From positions 1 to 64,000 of the forward strand of contig JAWARQ010000002.1 of NCBI GenBank assembly GCA_038893355.1: 64,000 nucleotides of DNA, given 5' to 3'. Below, one piece after another: positions 43,593 through 55,193 of this stretch (the stretch's first letter is position 1; each line of letters begins with the position of its first letter). The position numbers and the translations under genes are program-made. Origin of the DNA: Sulfolobaceae archaeon (lineage in GTDB: Archaea > Thermoproteota > Thermoprotei_A > Sulfolobales > Sulfolobaceae). The notes beneath the pieces are model-generated. The model was not told the origin of the DNA and did no database searches. It worked only from the letters and a program-made list of their open reading frames with translations.

Positions 43593-43895
43593 ATGGAGAT
43601 AGAAATTAAGGGCCTTAAAATTGGTGAGAAAAAGAAAATAATAGTAGATAATAAAGAATTACTACTTATTTTTTTAGGTTCTAATAAAATTATTATTTGT
43701 GATGTTAAATGTCCTCATCTAGGATGTGATTTATATAAATATGGGGTTCTAATTAGAGAGGAAATAATATGTCAATGTCATTTTTCACATTTTTCAATCC
43801 ATGACGGAAAAGTAAGAAAGGGCCCTGCTGAAAGGCCATTAAGAATCTATAAGTATGAATATGTCGATAAAGATAAGATTAAAATTTATATTTAA
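43593..43895 (+). CDS. Rieske [2Fe-2S] ferredoxin
   Basis: CPHLG..CQCH. Confidence 0.9.
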   Translation: MEIEIKGLKIGEKKKIIVDNKELLLIFLGSNKIIICDVKCPHLGCDLYKYGVLIREEIICQCHFSHFSIHDGKVRKGPAERPLRIYKYEYVDKDKIKIYI

Positions 43896-44529
43896 ATAAC
43901 TCATTAATGATCTTTACAATTTCTCTATACATTAATTGACCTTTAGCAGTAGGTTCAGTTACAAAACCATATAAAAGTCTCGAGCCTAGAATACCAAATG
44001 CTATTCTCTCTAAAGGGTTCTCACTCATAGGAATTACTACTACATTATCCGAAATTTCGAGTAAATTGGCAAGAAGACTTTTATATCCAGGTTTAGCTAT
44101 AACTGCAATTTTAAAAAATAAGACGTCCTTAGAATACTTTTCTATTTCATTTTTTAACAAATTAAAATTAGGTAAATCTCGAAAATAATGTACTGATATT
44201 ATTTTACTTTTATATGGTATATCGTATTTTTTAACAAATTCTAGCTCTACATCATACAAAAACCCTTTTTGATTCGCATACTTTAAGAAAGATAATTTTT
44301 CCACATCCTCAATTTTATTAATACCGCCTTCATTTATATCTCTTATAGTTATAATCAATTTAGATTTATATTTTTCTAATGTATTCAGATCAACTTCTTT
44401 TAATGATTTTAAGTAATCTAATCTTAATTCTATAAAATCAGCATCAGTTATTTCATCTAACTTTTCTAAATCATTTATTGACTTTATCGGTAAACTAGCT
44501 ACGACTAACGGTCTATTCATTTTTATCAC
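43879..44529 (-). CDS. aroD: Type I 3-dehydroquinate dehydratase
   Basis: IELRLDY, ISVHYF, KIAV, AKGQ. Confidence 0.9.
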   Translation of the reverse strand: MIKMNRPLVVASLPIKSINDLEKLDEITDADFIELRLDYLKSLKEVDLNTLEKYKSKLIITIRDINEGGINKIEDVEKLSFLKYANQKGFLYDVELEFVKKYDIPYKSKIISVHYFRDLPNFNLLKNEIEKYSKDVLFFKIAVIAKPGYKSLLANLLEISDNVVVIPMSENPLERIAFGILGSRLLYGFVTEPTAKGQLMYREIVKIINELFKYKF

Positions 44530-45767
44530 ACTATTTCTATCCTTCCTCCTATTTTCTTAATATCAATCCAAAAATTAGGATTGCTCTTATTAACACATTC
44601 CGCCTCCCCAATAGTACCACCAAGCTTTAATATAAACGGTGTTGCCATCATGGCTATCCTATGATCTTTAGGGCATATAATAGAACCACTATGAAGCTCC
44701 TTAGAGCCAATAATTATTAACTCATTATTACCCTCTTTGACTTTAACCCCAAAAGCTCTTAAGGTCTCCGATATAGTCAATATCCTATCACTTTCCTTTA
44801 TCCTTAATCTCCTAACTCCAGTTATCTTACTTTCACCTAAAGCTATAGCAGATAATGGTGCAATAGACGGAGCGAGATCTGGTGCATCGTCTACATCAAT
44901 ATTTATATTATAGTATTCGTTTTTACTTTCAATCACCCATTCCCCTTCCTTATAATAGCTTATTGCACCCATCTTATGATATATTTCTACAATGCTGTGA
45001 TCTCCAAAGAAATCATAAGGCGCGTATAAATTGGAGATTCTTAATTTACCGCCAGTAAAGAGTGAGGAGAGAGCATAGTATGAGGAGAGAGCATAATCGC
45101 CTGGAACTCTTCCCGCATATTTATTAATCTTACCGCATCTTATCTCAATAATATTCTCACTCTCATAAAACTTAATTTTCGCGCCTAGTGAATTAAGGAG
45201 ATTAATTGTTAGAAGAATGTAACTTTTAGAGGAAATTGGTGGGATTATGCTTATTCTACCTTCACCAATCATACAAAAGCCTATTATAAATCCAGAAATG
45301 TACTGACTACTTTCACTCCCATCTATACTAATATTATTCACATCTAACCTACCTTCTATAGTAAGAGGAAGTTTTTCAGAAGAAATACTAACCCCCTTAA
45401 CAGCTCTTAAGAATGCAGATATCGGTCTTCTTCTTAATGTTTCATCACCATCTATACTTAACCTCTTACCTAATATCGCAGCTATAGGAAGTAAAAATCT
45501 TAATGTAGTACCAGAACCACCTACGTAAACCTCCTTAATTTCTTCATTTCCTTTACGCTGTAACTTTACCTTATTCCCTTCAAATTCTACACTAACTCCC
45601 AAACTTTTTACTGCATTTAATGCTGATTTTACATCCTCTGATAAGACTAAATTCTCCAGTTCAATATCCGTAAGTAATGAAAAGAATATTAACCGAATTC
45701 CTATACTTTTAGATTGTGGTGCTTCAACTTTACCGTTAATTACTGACGGAAAACCTTTCACTATCAA
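44526..45767 (-). CDS. aroA: EPSP synthase
   Basis: SKS, SGTTLRF, SSQYIS, KESDR, DHRIAM. Confidence 0.95.
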   Translation of the reverse strand: MIVKGFPSVINGKVEAPQSKSIGIRLIFFSLLTDIELENLVLSEDVKSALNAVKSLGVSVEFEGNKVKLQRKGNEEIKEVYVGGSGTTLRFLLPIAAILGKRLSIDGDETLRRRPISAFLRAVKGVSISSEKLPLTIEGRLDVNNISIDGSESSQYISGFIIGFCMIGEGRISIIPPISSKSYILLTINLLNSLGAKIKFYESENIIEIRCGKINKYAGRVPGDYALSSYYALSSLFTGGKLRISNLYAPYDFFGDHSIVEIYHKMGAISYYKEGEWVIESKNEYYNINIDVDDAPDLAPSIAPLSAIALGESKITGVRRLRIKESDRILTISETLRAFGVKVKEGNNELIIIGSKELHSGSIICPKDHRIAMMATPFILKLGGTIGEAECVNKSNPNFWIDIKKIGGRIEIV

Positions 45768-46542
45768 TTTTAACTGCCCTTGTAATAATTACATTACCCT
45801 CTCGGTTAAAAATATCATATATTTTACCTTCTTCTCCCTCCTTAACTATTGCAAATATTGAAGGACCGTTGCCAGTTATCCCCGCAGCTAATGCCCCAGC
45901 ACTTAATGCCTCTTTAATTATTGAAGTATCATATCCCAATATCTCGGCTACTGCAATACCATTAAGCCTAGCAGCTTTGATAATATCACCAGAATACGCA
46001 ATGTTAAATATTTCTTCAAATAATAATTTATATTTAAATAGATTACTTAGTTGAATTGAAGAAGGTCTATCTCCCCTAGGTAATATTATAATACTAATAT
46101 CATCTATAGGAGGATTAATAATTTTTAATAATTTAAATTCTTTATTATATGTAAATGAAATTCCTCCATAATATGCGGCTGTTGCATCATCATATGCACC
46201 AGTCACGGAGACGTTTGCTTTTAGGGAAATTATCGATGCCAATTTTGGCACATTAACCTTAATACCGTACCTTTTAGATATTGCATCTATAAGTGCAACT
46301 GCAACTGCACTGCTACTTTTTAATCCGCTCCTTTGTGGAATCTCTGAATTAATATTTACGCAGATTTTCTCAATCCTATACTCCTCCTTAAAAAATTCTA
46401 GTATCTTATCTATCAGAATAGAAGAAGAATTCTTACAGTCCCCTTCCCATATATTCACTCTAACCTTTAGATCTATTGCCATAGTTGAACCATACCATGA
46501 AGGTAATGCATTTACTATTGAGATCCCTGAATATGCATACAT
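45736..46542 (-). CDS. aroK: Archaeal (GHMP) shikimate kinase
   Basis: [23 protein letters not shown]. Confidence 0.93.
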   Translation of the reverse strand: MYAYSGISIVNALPSWYGSTMAIDLKVRVNIWEGDCKNSSSILIDKILEFFKEEYRIEKICVNINSEIPQRSGLKSSSAVAVALIDAISKRYGIKVNVPKLASIISLKANVSVTGAYDDATAAYYGGISFTYNKEFKLLKIINPPIDDISIIILPRGDRPSSIQLSNLFKYKLLFEEIFNIAYSGDIIKAARLNGIAVAEILGYDTSIIKEALSAGALAAGITGNGPSIFAIVKEGEEGKIYDIFNREGNVIITRAVKIDSERFSVSN

Positions 46543-47690
46543 GACTTCTTATACCTCTCCCAGTTATTTTCAATTATATTTACATCTTCTTCAGAAAGTT
46601 TTACTGAAGGTAATTTATTTGAAATCATCATATGATCTACAAGAACTAATGCCATCATAGCTTCTGCAACACTTACACCCCTTATTGCAACTACCGGATC
46701 ATGTCTACCAATTACAGATATTTCAGTAGGTTGAAGTGTCCTTAAATCCACTGTTTTCTGGGGCTTTCTTATTGAACTTGTTGGTTTAAATGCTATCCTA
46801 ACAACTATATCCTCGCCTGTAGAAATTCCACCTAAAATTCCACCACTGTAGTTATACCTCCAACCTAATTTTCCGTTCTCCTTCACTACTATTTCATCTG
46901 AAGCTTCACTCCCTCTCATTTTAGCAAGTCTAAAACCTAAACCGTACTCAAAACCTACTACAGCTGGAATTGATAACATTGCTTTAGCTAAATCAGCCTT
47001 TAGCTTATCAAATACTGGATCACCAATTCCTGCTGGAACATTCTTAGCTACTATTTCTGCAATTCCACCCCAGCTATCTCCTTCAACAATAGCTTGCTTT
47101 ATAATTTGCTCATACCTTTCTTCTAAATTCTTTTTAGAAGCCCTAACTGCACTATATTTTGAACATAAGATTTCCTCAAAACTCACACTCTCCTCTAAAC
47201 TAACGGGACCTATACTAATTAAATGCCCAGCTATCCACGTATTAGTTAACATTAATAGCTTTTTAGCAATAGCTCCTGCAGCCACTCTACTAGCTGTCTC
47301 CCTTGCACTAGCCCTCCCGCCACCTCTATAATCCCAATTTTCATAACCATATCGAAAGATGTATGGCAAATCTGCATGACCTGGTCGAGGCTTATATTTT
47401 ATCTCTTCATAAAGTGAAGATATAACGTCTGTATTTCTTATAACTATACTTACTGGAGCTCCAGTAGTCCTACCATTGAACAAACCACTTAATATCTCGA
47501 CTTCATCCTTTTCCCTTCTACCAGAAACTAGATATCTTCCAGGCCTTCTAAATGATAATTCAAACTCTATATCCTCTTTCGATAATGGTAGTCCTGCTGG
47601 AATTCCATCAATAATAACACCTACTGCAGGACCGTGACTCTCTCCAAACGTTGTTATCCTCAACATTCTTCCGAAAGTATTTCCTGGCAT
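46515..47690 (-). CDS. aroC: Chorismate synthase
   Basis: GESHG, RPGHAD, SARET, RHDP. Confidence 0.97.
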   Translation of the reverse strand: MPGNTFGRMLRITTFGESHGPAVGVIIDGIPAGLPLSKEDIEFELSFRRPGRYLVSGRREKDEVEILSGLFNGRTTGAPVSIVIRNTDVISSLYEEIKYKPRPGHADLPYIFRYGYENWDYRGGGRASARETASRVAAGAIAKKLLMLTNTWIAGHLISIGPVSLEESVSFEEILCSKYSAVRASKKNLEERYEQIIKQAIVEGDSWGGIAEIVAKNVPAGIGDPVFDKLKADLAKAMLSIPAVVGFEYGLGFRLAKMRGSEASDEIVVKENGKLGWRYNYSGGILGGISTGEDIVVRIAFKPTSSIRKPQKTVDLRTLQPTEISVIGRHDPVVAIRGVSVAEAMMALVLVDHMMISNKLPSVKLSEEDVNIIENNWERYKKSCMHIQGSQ

Positions 47691-48490
47691 ATGTATTCCC
47701 TTATTTGTTCCTCATCTAGAGATTTACCAAACCATATCTTTTGTGCTTCTATTGCTTGATTAATTAGAATAGATAACCCATCTATTATATCTATCCCCTT
47801 TTTCATTGCATTTAAAATAAGGTATGTCTTTATTGGTCTGTAAACTAAATCAACAACTAGTAAACCCCTTATACATTCTTCACGTATGTTTTGAGGATAA
47901 GGTGTTGCATTAACTAAAACATCATAATTTAAATTACAGTCATTCACATATTCAGCTTCAATTCCAAATGAACTAAGATTCTTAATTACTTCTAAAGCTC
48001 TTTCCTTAGTCCTATTGTTAATCAAAATTTTACAACCTAATTCGCCTAAAGCATAAGCAGCAGCTTTACCTGCACCACCTGCACCCATAATGTAACACCT
48101 GAATCCATTAAGACTCTTAAGCTTCCTCTGAACTAACTTTTTTATTGCAATATAATCAGTATTATAACCCCTCTTATTATAAATCGTATTTACTGCACCT
48201 ATTCTCCTTGTAACCTCATCTACCTCATCAAGATGCCTTATAATTAATTCTTTATAGGGAATTGTTACATTTACTCCCTCAATAACCTCTAATAATCCAT
48301 CTATCGCTTTGTTAAATTTATCTTCATTTAAATCAAATACAACATAAACAGCATTAATATTTAATTTATTAAATGAGAAGTTATGAATATAAGGTGATAG
48401 AGAATAACTTATACCCTTTCCTACTAGAGCATAAATTTTTGTTGTGGGACTAATTAAAACAATTTTTACTCCCCCTCTCCTGATAGGCAT
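47660..48490 (-). CDS. aroE: Shikimate dehydrogenase (start uncertain)
   Basis: SLSP, NVTIPYK, GAVNT, NTD, GAGGAG. Confidence 0.93.
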   Translation of the reverse strand: MPIRRGGVKIVLISPTTKIYALVGKGISYSLSPYIHNFSFNKLNINAVYVVFDLNEDKFNKAIDGLLEVIEGVNVTIPYKELIIRHLDEVDEVTRRIGAVNTIYNKRGYNTDYIAIKKLVQRKLKSLNGFRCYIMGAGGAGKAAAYALGELGCKILINNRTKERALEVIKNLSSFGIEAEYVNDCNLNYDVLVNATPYPQNIREECIRGLLVVDLVYRPIKTYLILNAMKKGIDIIDGLSILINQAIEAQKIWFGKSLDEEQIREYICQEILSEEC

Positions 48491-49536
48491 TGCTTCGCAA
48501 AACCCTTTATAGTTTCAATGGGGACTTTTGCACTTTTCCAACTGCCTATTCTTACTGGAAATGGCATTAAGACGTAGTCATTTCTCACCTTCTTATCCTT
48601 ACTAATTGCCTCTAATGCTACTTCTAAATTAATTTTTACACCTAATTTCTCGGGTAAGTAAGGAAGATCGTATAAACTTAATAGCCATACTACATCCTCT
48701 ACAACACCTTCTTCCGAGATTCCCATTTCCTCAGCAATCTTTGTCTCACATAGCATCCCAACGGATATGGCATAACCATGTGGGACAGAAAAGTTTGATC
48801 CAGCCTCAATAGCATGACCTATTGTATGCCCGAAATTAAGTACTATTCTTACCCCCTTCTCTTCTCTCTCATCTTCCTTTACAATTTTAAGCTTATTTAA
48901 TGCAGATCGATAAATTACTTCTTCAATTGCACTTTCTTCCTTATTTAATATTTCCTCCTTATTTAAAGATAAAAAATCATATAATTCCTTATCCAAAACT
49001 AAAGCATATTTTATAACCTCTGCCAACCCCTTCTTTAATTCCTCAATAGGTAACGAATCTAAAAATCTTAAATCTGAGATTATTAGTCTAGGCTGATAAA
49101 AGGTTCCTATAATATTCTTATAATTCTCGAAATTTACTCCATTCTTACCGCCAATAGCAGCATCTACCATTCCTAATAATGTCGTTGGTACATTTACTAG
49201 ATTTACACCCCTAAGATATATTGATGATGCAAAACTTACCGTATCTAATAGTGAACCACCACCAACTCCTACTACGTAATCTCCTCTATCAATACCTATT
49301 TCCAAAAATTTCTTTATTAAATATATTACTGAATTTAAATTTTTGAAACTTTCCCCGTCATTTACTTCTATCATATAAGTTTTATCGTCTACAATTTCAT
49401 TTAAAATTGATTTATCTATTTTATTTGAAAATATAATTACTTTCTTCTCAGTTATTTTAGTTAATTCATTTAGAACTCCTTTACCTACAATAAATTTTGT
49501 CTTAGAGCAACATATGTCCTCTTCTATCTCCATCAT
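48466..49536 (-). CDS. aroB: 3-dehydroquinate synthase
   Basis: PTTLLGMVDAAIGGKNG, LNFGHTIGHAIE. Confidence 0.95.
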   Translation of the reverse strand: MMEIEEDICCSKTKFIVGKGVLNELTKITEKKVIIFSNKIDKSILNEIVDDKTYMIEVNDGESFKNLNSVIYLIKKFLEIGIDRGDYVVGVGGGSLLDTVSFASSIYLRGVNLVNVPTTLLGMVDAAIGGKNGVNFENYKNIIGTFYQPRLIISDLRFLDSLPIEELKKGLAEVIKYALVLDKELYDFLSLNKEEILNKEESAIEEVIYRSALNKLKIVKEDEREEKGVRIVLNFGHTIGHAIEAGSNFSVPHGYAISVGMLCETKIAEEMGISEEGVVEDVVWLLSLYDLPYLPEKLGVKINLEVALEAISKDKKVRNDYVLMPFPVRIGSWKSAKVPIETIKGFAKQCLSGEGE

Positions 49537-50537
49537 AATGACCTTCCCAACACCTCAGCTATTCCCTTAATTCTATTCATTAATAATTCAAATGAGTCCG
49601 GAGTTAATTGTTGTTCTGAGTCGCTTAATGCCTTTTCAGGATTTGGATGAACTTCTATTAATAACATATCAGCACCCGCTGCAACAGCTGCTAATGCTAA
49701 TGAATGAACCAACTCCCTTTTTCCTGCAGGATGACTTGGATCTGCGCAGACTGGTAAATGTGTTGATTGCTTAGCAACAATCATTCCACCAATATCTAAT
49801 GTAAATCTAGTAGATCTCTCAAAAGTTCTTATACCCCTTTCACAAATTACGACATTGCCATTGCCTTGTAACATTATGTATTCTGCTGTAAGTAACCATT
49901 CTTCTACAGTATTCCCTAATCCCCTCTTTAATAGTACTGGCTTCTTAGTTCTACCTACCTCTATTAATAAATTAAAGTTTTGTGCATTTCTTGCACCTAT
50001 TTGCAACATATCTACATTCTTTTTAAATATCTCAATATCTCTAATATCCATTATCTCGCTAACAATCGGCATTCCTACATCATCACCTACTTTCCTAAGT
50101 AACTTTATACCCTCCTCTCCTAGACCTTGAAATGAATAAGGACTAGTCCTAGGCTTATATGCGCCGCCCCTTAATAATCTAGCACCAGCTCTTTTTACTG
50201 CTCTTGCAACCGTATATAATTGCTCCTCACTTTCAACAGCACAAGGACCTGCAGCTACTACTATTTTCTTTCCACCTATCTCTACTCCACTTACATTCAC
50301 AATTGTAGGATCTTTTTTCCATTCGTTACTAACCAATTGATAGGGCCTCTTAGTTTTTACTATAAGTTCTATACTCTCATCAAAAATTTCTTGATGAGAT
50401 AACGTATCAGGCCACGTTACAACTATTTTCTTTCCATAAAGGTCTAGGAATTTATATGATAGTGAAGATTTATTTAATTTTTCTTTTAATAATGAATAAT
50501 CTTTACCCTCTTTTAATATGAGGATCACTCTTCCCAC
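49533..50537 (-). CDS. aroF: DAHP synthase (class I-beta)
   Basis: AGPCAVE, KPRTSPYSFQG, QIGARN, DPSH. Confidence 0.93.
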   Translation of the reverse strand: MGRVILILKEGKDYSLLKEKLNKSSLSYKFLDLYGKKIVVTWPDTLSHQEIFDESIELIVKTKRPYQLVSNEWKKDPTIVNVSGVEIGGKKIVVAAGPCAVESEEQLYTVARAVKRAGARLLRGGAYKPRTSPYSFQGLGEEGIKLLRKVGDDVGMPIVSEIMDIRDIEIFKKNVDMLQIGARNAQNFNLLIEVGRTKKPVLLKRGLGNTVEEWLLTAEYIMLQGNGNVVICERGIRTFERSTRFTLDIGGMIVAKQSTHLPVCADPSHPAGKRELVHSLALAAVAAGADMLLIEVHPNPEKALSDSEQQLTPDSFELLMNRIKGIAEVLGRSL

Positions 50538-51561
50538 CCAGACCTTCTGCCAATTTTTTAAGCTCCGATAATCCTATTTCCCTAACTTTATAAGCATAGG
50601 AGTTCATCCTTTGTATCTCGATTACTACTGGCAAAATACTCTCAATTCTTTCCAATATTTTTAATATTTCTCTAAAATTATAAGTCTGAAATTTTTTATA
50701 ATCTATGTTAAATTCTCTAGAAAGACTCCTTATGGAATTAAGTAATCCTAAGAGATAATAGTGAGTAAGTACTTGAACAATAGCCATGCCCCGCTCATGC
50801 TCATCTTTAGTTGAAATAATCGGAACTAATCCAGATCCTCTCCAAAATTCTACAACCTCTTCAAACCTATCTTTACTGGTTTTTGATGGAATAATTACTA
50901 TGTTCTCACCAACTGGGTATGTAATAGGCCCAAATAACGGATGCGTGGATATATAATAAAAGCCATACTCTTCAGACTTAGATTCTAGATATTCAAATAT
51001 TAAATTCTTAGAAGAAAATATATCCATTACTACTTTGTCTTTTGATAATTTAAATATTTTATTTATAATCTCGTCTTTTATTATTTCTGGTGAAGTAGTT
51101 ATGATTATATATTCAGCTAATTTAATTGCCTCATCAACATTAGCTACCACACATTTAAATTCATCAATAAGTCTCATTGCTTTTGAAATATTCCTACCAG
51201 TTACGATAACATTGTGACCGGCTAAAGATAGTAACGAAACTAATGATCTCGCCATTCCACCATAACCAATAATCGTAACTTTTCTCCTAATAGAAGGGCT
51301 TATTTGGAACATTTTTGAAAAGGAGAGTATTAGGTCAAAAATTCTATCTATTAATGTTTCTGGTATACCTAAGTTTTTCCCTATTTGAAACCATCTTGAC
51401 TTTAATTCAAGCTCCCTCTCTAAATCAGTTATGGGGATTTTATTTTCATACTTAAATTTCCCAATTTCTTTTGAAATCTTAAGCCTATTACTAATAATCT
51501 TTAATAACTCCTCATCTAATTTATTAATCTCCCTTCTGAGAAAATCTAAATCTTTACTCAT
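50503..51561 (-). CDS. Chorismate mutase - prephenate dehydrogenase fusion
   Basis: N-terminal AroQ-type helix LRREINKLDEE; IIGYGGMA, HPLFGP. Confidence 0.88.
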   Translation of the reverse strand: MSKDLDFLRREINKLDEELLKIISNRLKISKEIGKFKYENKIPITDLERELELKSRWFQIGKNLGIPETLIDRIFDLILSFSKMFQISPSIRRKVTIIGYGGMARSLVSLLSLAGHNVIVTGRNISKAMRLIDEFKCVVANVDEAIKLAEYIIITTSPEIIKDEIINKIFKLSKDKVVMDIFSSKNLIFEYLESKSEEYGFYYISTHPLFGPITYPVGENIVIIPSKTSKDRFEEVVEFWRGSGLVPIISTKDEHERGMAIVQVLTHYYLLGLLNSIRSLSREFNIDYKKFQTYNFREILKILERIESILPVVIEIQRMNSYAYKVREIGLSELKKLAEGLGGKSDPHIKRG

Positions 51562-52503
51562 TCACTTTAAAAGTTCTAGAGCGCGATTTATAATATTATT
51601 ATAGTTAATATGATAATAGTCCAAGAGCTCCCTTTGGCTTCTCGCAGATCTTCCAAAGGTTGTGGCACCGATAAACCTCATGGGTACCGGATACTTATTA
51701 ACAACAACCTCAGCAACAGCTGATCCTACTCCAGCATATATACTATGCTCCTCAATTACAATAATCCTTCCAGTCTTTCTTGCATAATATTCTATAGTAC
51801 CCTCATCTATTGGTTTAATTGAAAATAGATTAATTACTGCAGCACTGACACCCATTTTTTCTAATTCTTCTGCAGCTCTTAAAGCATCCCAAAGCACTAC
51901 GCCTGCACCAATAATTGTTATATCATCACCATCTCGTAGTACATAAGCCTTACCCAGTTCAAACCTATAGTCGAAATCTACAGTTATTGGAGGAGAATAA
52001 TCTCTACCAATCCTATAATATAATGGACCTCTTATTTCCTTAAGTATAACTGGTAAACTTCTTTCAACATCCTTAGAATCAGCGGGAATTACGACCTTCA
52101 TATTTGGTAGTACTCTCATTAGTGCTATATCTTCTAGACATTGATGACTTGACCCATCTCCACTATCGCTATAACCAGAATGCGTTGCTACAAACTTTAC
52201 ATCTAAATTCATTCTAGCTACAGTGTTCCTAATCATTTCCCATGCTCTCATTAAGAACATTGCAAAATCAACTACTAATGGCTTCTTGCCAACAGCTGAA
52301 AGGCCCGCAGCAAAATTAACCATATCTTGTTCTGAAATACCTACATTGAAGTATCTATCAGGAAATTTCTCTCTAAAATAAGAAGCTCTAGAAGAATCTC
52401 CAACGTCAGCAGTTACTACTACTAAATCTTTTATTTCTTCTCCTAATTTTACTAATAACTTTCCAAAAGTTTCACGAATTGAGGAGATAGTTGCGTGCAT
52501 CAT
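51562..52503 (-). CDS. Transketolase C-terminal subunit
   Basis: [18 protein letters not shown]. Confidence 0.92.
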   Translation of the reverse strand: MMHATISSIRETFGKLLVKLGEEIKDLVVVTADVGDSSRASYFREKFPDRYFNVGISEQDMVNFAAGLSAVGKKPLVVDFAMFLMRAWEMIRNTVARMNLDVKFVATHSGYSDSGDGSSHQCLEDIALMRVLPNMKVVIPADSKDVERSLPVILKEIRGPLYYRIGRDYSPPITVDFDYRFELGKAYVLRDGDDITIIGAGVVLWDALRAAEELEKMGVSAAVINLFSIKPIDEGTIEYYARKTGRIIVIEEHSIYAGVGSAVAEVVVNKYPVPMRFIGATTFGRSARSQRELLDYYHINYNNIINRALELLK

Positions 52504-53296
52504 CTACTGATGCCCTCTGCCGCTTTGTGTTCTCAATTACTTTAAATCCTTTACCTCTAACTGTTTTTGCAAAAATTACAGACGGGGCTTTAGCCTTTAT
52601 TGCTTCTTCTATACTACTTGCTATACTTACTATGTCATGACCATCACAACTAAAAGTCCTCCATCCTATTGCTTCATAAACTTTTTGTAGGTAGCCCTTT
52701 GGCTTTATTTCTTCGGTAGACCCATCTAACTGAAATCCATTAACATCTACGATTACTATTAAATTATCTAACTTTCTTACTGGAGCATGAGTTATAGCTT
52801 CCCAGACTTCTCCCTCATCATGTTCACCATCGCCCATTATTACAAATACCCTACCCCTTCCTCCATTCATCTTTATACCCGTTGCAACACCAATTCCATA
52901 ACTTAAACCTTGACCTAGGCTACCAGTTGACATATCTACTGTAGGTATTGATATCTCTGGATGTCCTTGTAAAATTCCTGAAATATCTTGTATTTTCCAT
53001 AATTCGTCATAAGATATAACACCTTTTTCTGCCAAAAGCGCATAATATGCCGGTGCCGCATGGCCCTTACTTAATATTAGCCAATCCTTATTTATAGGAT
53101 TAGAATCTTCCCTCAAATATTTAAATAATAATACAGTTAATATTTCAATACTGCTTAGCGAAGAACCTACATGAATAGTTTGGTCATAAAACAACATTTT
53201 TACAACATTTTTTCTTACCCTTTCTGCTATATCCTTTAACTTACTTATTTCCTCTACGGATAGAGGGGTGTTATTATTTTGATTACTCATTTCCAT
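52472..53296 (-). CDS. Transketolase N-terminal subunit
   Basis: LSKGHA, TGSLGQG, GDGE; start moved to MEMSN. Confidence 0.92.
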   Translation of the reverse strand: MEMSNQNNNTPLSVEEISKLKDIAERVRKNVVKMLFYDQTIHVGSSLSSIEILTVLLFKYLREDSNPINKDWLILSKGHAAPAYYALLAEKGVISYDELWKIQDISGILQGHPEISIPTVDMSTGSLGQGLSYGIGVATGIKMNGGRGRVFVIMGDGEHDEGEVWEAITHAPVRKLDNLIVIVDVNGFQLDGSTEEIKPKGYLQKVYEAIGWRTFSCDGHDIVSIASSIEEAIKAKAPSVIFAKTVRGKGFKVIENTKRQRASVDDARNYLLNS

Positions 53297-53367
53297 TGGA
53301 ACAATATGCAACCCCTTTTCCACAATAGCAAAAGCCACTTTTAAACTTTATTGTAGAATATAAGTCT

Positions 53368-54261
53368 GTGGAATTAGAGAGGTATTCTCGACAACTACTA
53401 GTATTAGGATTAGAAATACAACAGAAAATGAAAGAGCTTACAGTTACAGTTCTAGGTTGCGGAGCATTAGGGACTACAGTAGCAGAATTGTTAGCAAGAA
53501 TGGGAATAGGAAAAATTAGAATTATAGACGCTGATATAGTTGAATTAAGCAATCTCCATAGAACTCATCTCTTTGATGAGAACGACATAGGTAAGCCTAA
53601 GGTTATTGCTTGTAAAGAGAAGATAAGAAGAATAAATAATAATGTAATTGTTGAAGAAATAATTGATATTATTGATGAAAGTAATGCTGAAGAAATAATT
53701 AAAGATTCAAATATAGTATTTGATGCATTAGATAACTTATATTACAAACTTTTAATTAATGATGCTTCTGTTAAAAGAGGAATACCTTTAATACATGGTG
53801 GAATAGCAGGTGAATTTGGTTCTGTGAAACTAATAATCCCTGGGGTTACTTCTTGTCTATCTTGTTTTATAGAATACAATAGTAATGATACAAGGAATAG
53901 TTGTGATATAATAGGAACCTTACCAACTATAGTTGATATTACTGCATCACTTCAAGTTCAACTAATGTTAAATTATTTAAGGGGTGAAATAGATGGAAGT
54001 TATTATTATATAGATGCTAAAGAATTAAGAATAGATAGAATAAATATACAAAAGAATGACAAATGTCCTAGTTGTTCTCTTAGGCAATTCCCTTATCTCA
54101 CGGGAAAAATAAAAATGGCTTGTGGATTAAGTAGGATAAATAATGAAGTTAAATTTACGGATCTTGTCTTTCAAAACGAGTACGTTAGGATCTATAAGGA
54201 TTTTAATGGTATGATACTATGTTATTACAATGGAAAGTGTTTTCTTAAAAGAAGTAGTTAG
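53368..54261 (+). CDS. ThiF/MoeB-family E1-like adenylyltransferase
   Basis: RYSRQ, GCGALG, SNLHR, two CxxC motifs. Confidence 0.9.
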   Translation: MELERYSRQLLVLGLEIQQKMKELTVTVLGCGALGTTVAELLARMGIGKIRIIDADIVELSNLHRTHLFDENDIGKPKVIACKEKIRRINNNVIVEEIIDIIDESNAEEIIKDSNIVFDALDNLYYKLLINDASVKRGIPLIHGGIAGEFGSVKLIIPGVTSCLSCFIEYNSNDTRNSCDIIGTLPTIVDITASLQVQLMLNYLRGEIDGSYYYIDAKELRIDRINIQKNDKCPSCSLRQFPYLTGKIKMACGLSRINNEVKFTDLVFQNEYVRIYKDFNGMILCYYNGKCFLKRSS

Positions 54262-54269
54262 GGGATTAA

Positions 54270-55193
54270 ATGTTTAAAAGAATAATCTTAATGGCAATAA
54301 TTCCACTTATAATAATTTTGATTTATAGTTATATATTTAATTTAAATTTAATAACAGTAATTGGTGATATTGAACCTAGGATTATTTTCTATTTTATCAT
54401 ATTTTATATAATTTCGAATATTATATTTGCATATAGAGATTCACGAATAGCAAATTCTAAATTGACTACTGCAATAAAAGCTAGATTCTTAGGAAATGCG
54501 TTTTCGTTAATACTACCAGGTTGGAGTGGTGCAGAATTGGCAAGAGCATTAGTTTATTCTAGTGCAGAGAAGATGGATTTTGTTAAATCTTTTTCATACT
54601 CTCTAGTTTTTGGATTTTACGACGTAGTGGTAGGTAGTTTATTATTTTTAATCTTAAGCCTGTTTTATTTTAAATCAATTTTAATAATATTTATAATTTA
54701 CTCTTTAATAAGTATAATAACATGGATTAGTGGATTTGGTTATTTGTATTTCTCAGGAAATAAACTTAATAAATTTGAAAAAATTATATTTGAAAAATTT
54801 AAGATTATAAATAAATTTTCTGGATTATATATTTTATCAAAAAATACTATAAGAGAAGGCTTAAACAAATTTAAAATCATTCAATATATTTTGTTAAGTA
54901 TAATAGCATATATATTACAGTCATTATCGTTCCTATCAATAGTTAAAGCACCATTCTCGATCTTCTTAAACCAGCTTTATTTAATAGCACTTTTAGTACC
55001 TACACCATCTGGTGCTGGAGTAAGAGAAATACTCCTGTCTATTTATCTTACTCCAGAATTAGTAATTCAAGTTATCTTAGTTGAAACTCTTTGTTACCTT
55101 TTAGGATTTGTATTTATAGGAGAAATCGACATAAAAGAACTTAAGAATCAGATAAGAAACATATTTCGAAATGGAAACTTTTCTCAATCCTAA
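54270..55193 (+). CDS. Flippase-like (UPF0104 / LPG-synthase TM) membrane protein
   Basis: ILPGWSGAE, PTPSGAGVRE. Confidence 0.75.
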   Translation: MFKRIILMAIIPLIIILIYSYIFNLNLITVIGDIEPRIIFYFIIFYIISNIIFAYRDSRIANSKLTTAIKARFLGNAFSLILPGWSGAELARALVYSSAEKMDFVKSFSYSLVFGFYDVVVGSLLFLILSLFYFKSILIIFIIYSLISIITWISGFGYLYFSGNKLNKFEKIIFEKFKIINKFSGLYILSKNTIREGLNKFKIIQYILLSIIAYILQSLSFLSIVKAPFSIFLNQLYLIALLVPTPSGAGVREILLSIYLTPELVIQVILVETLCYLLGFVFIGEIDIKELKNQIRNIFRNGNFSQS

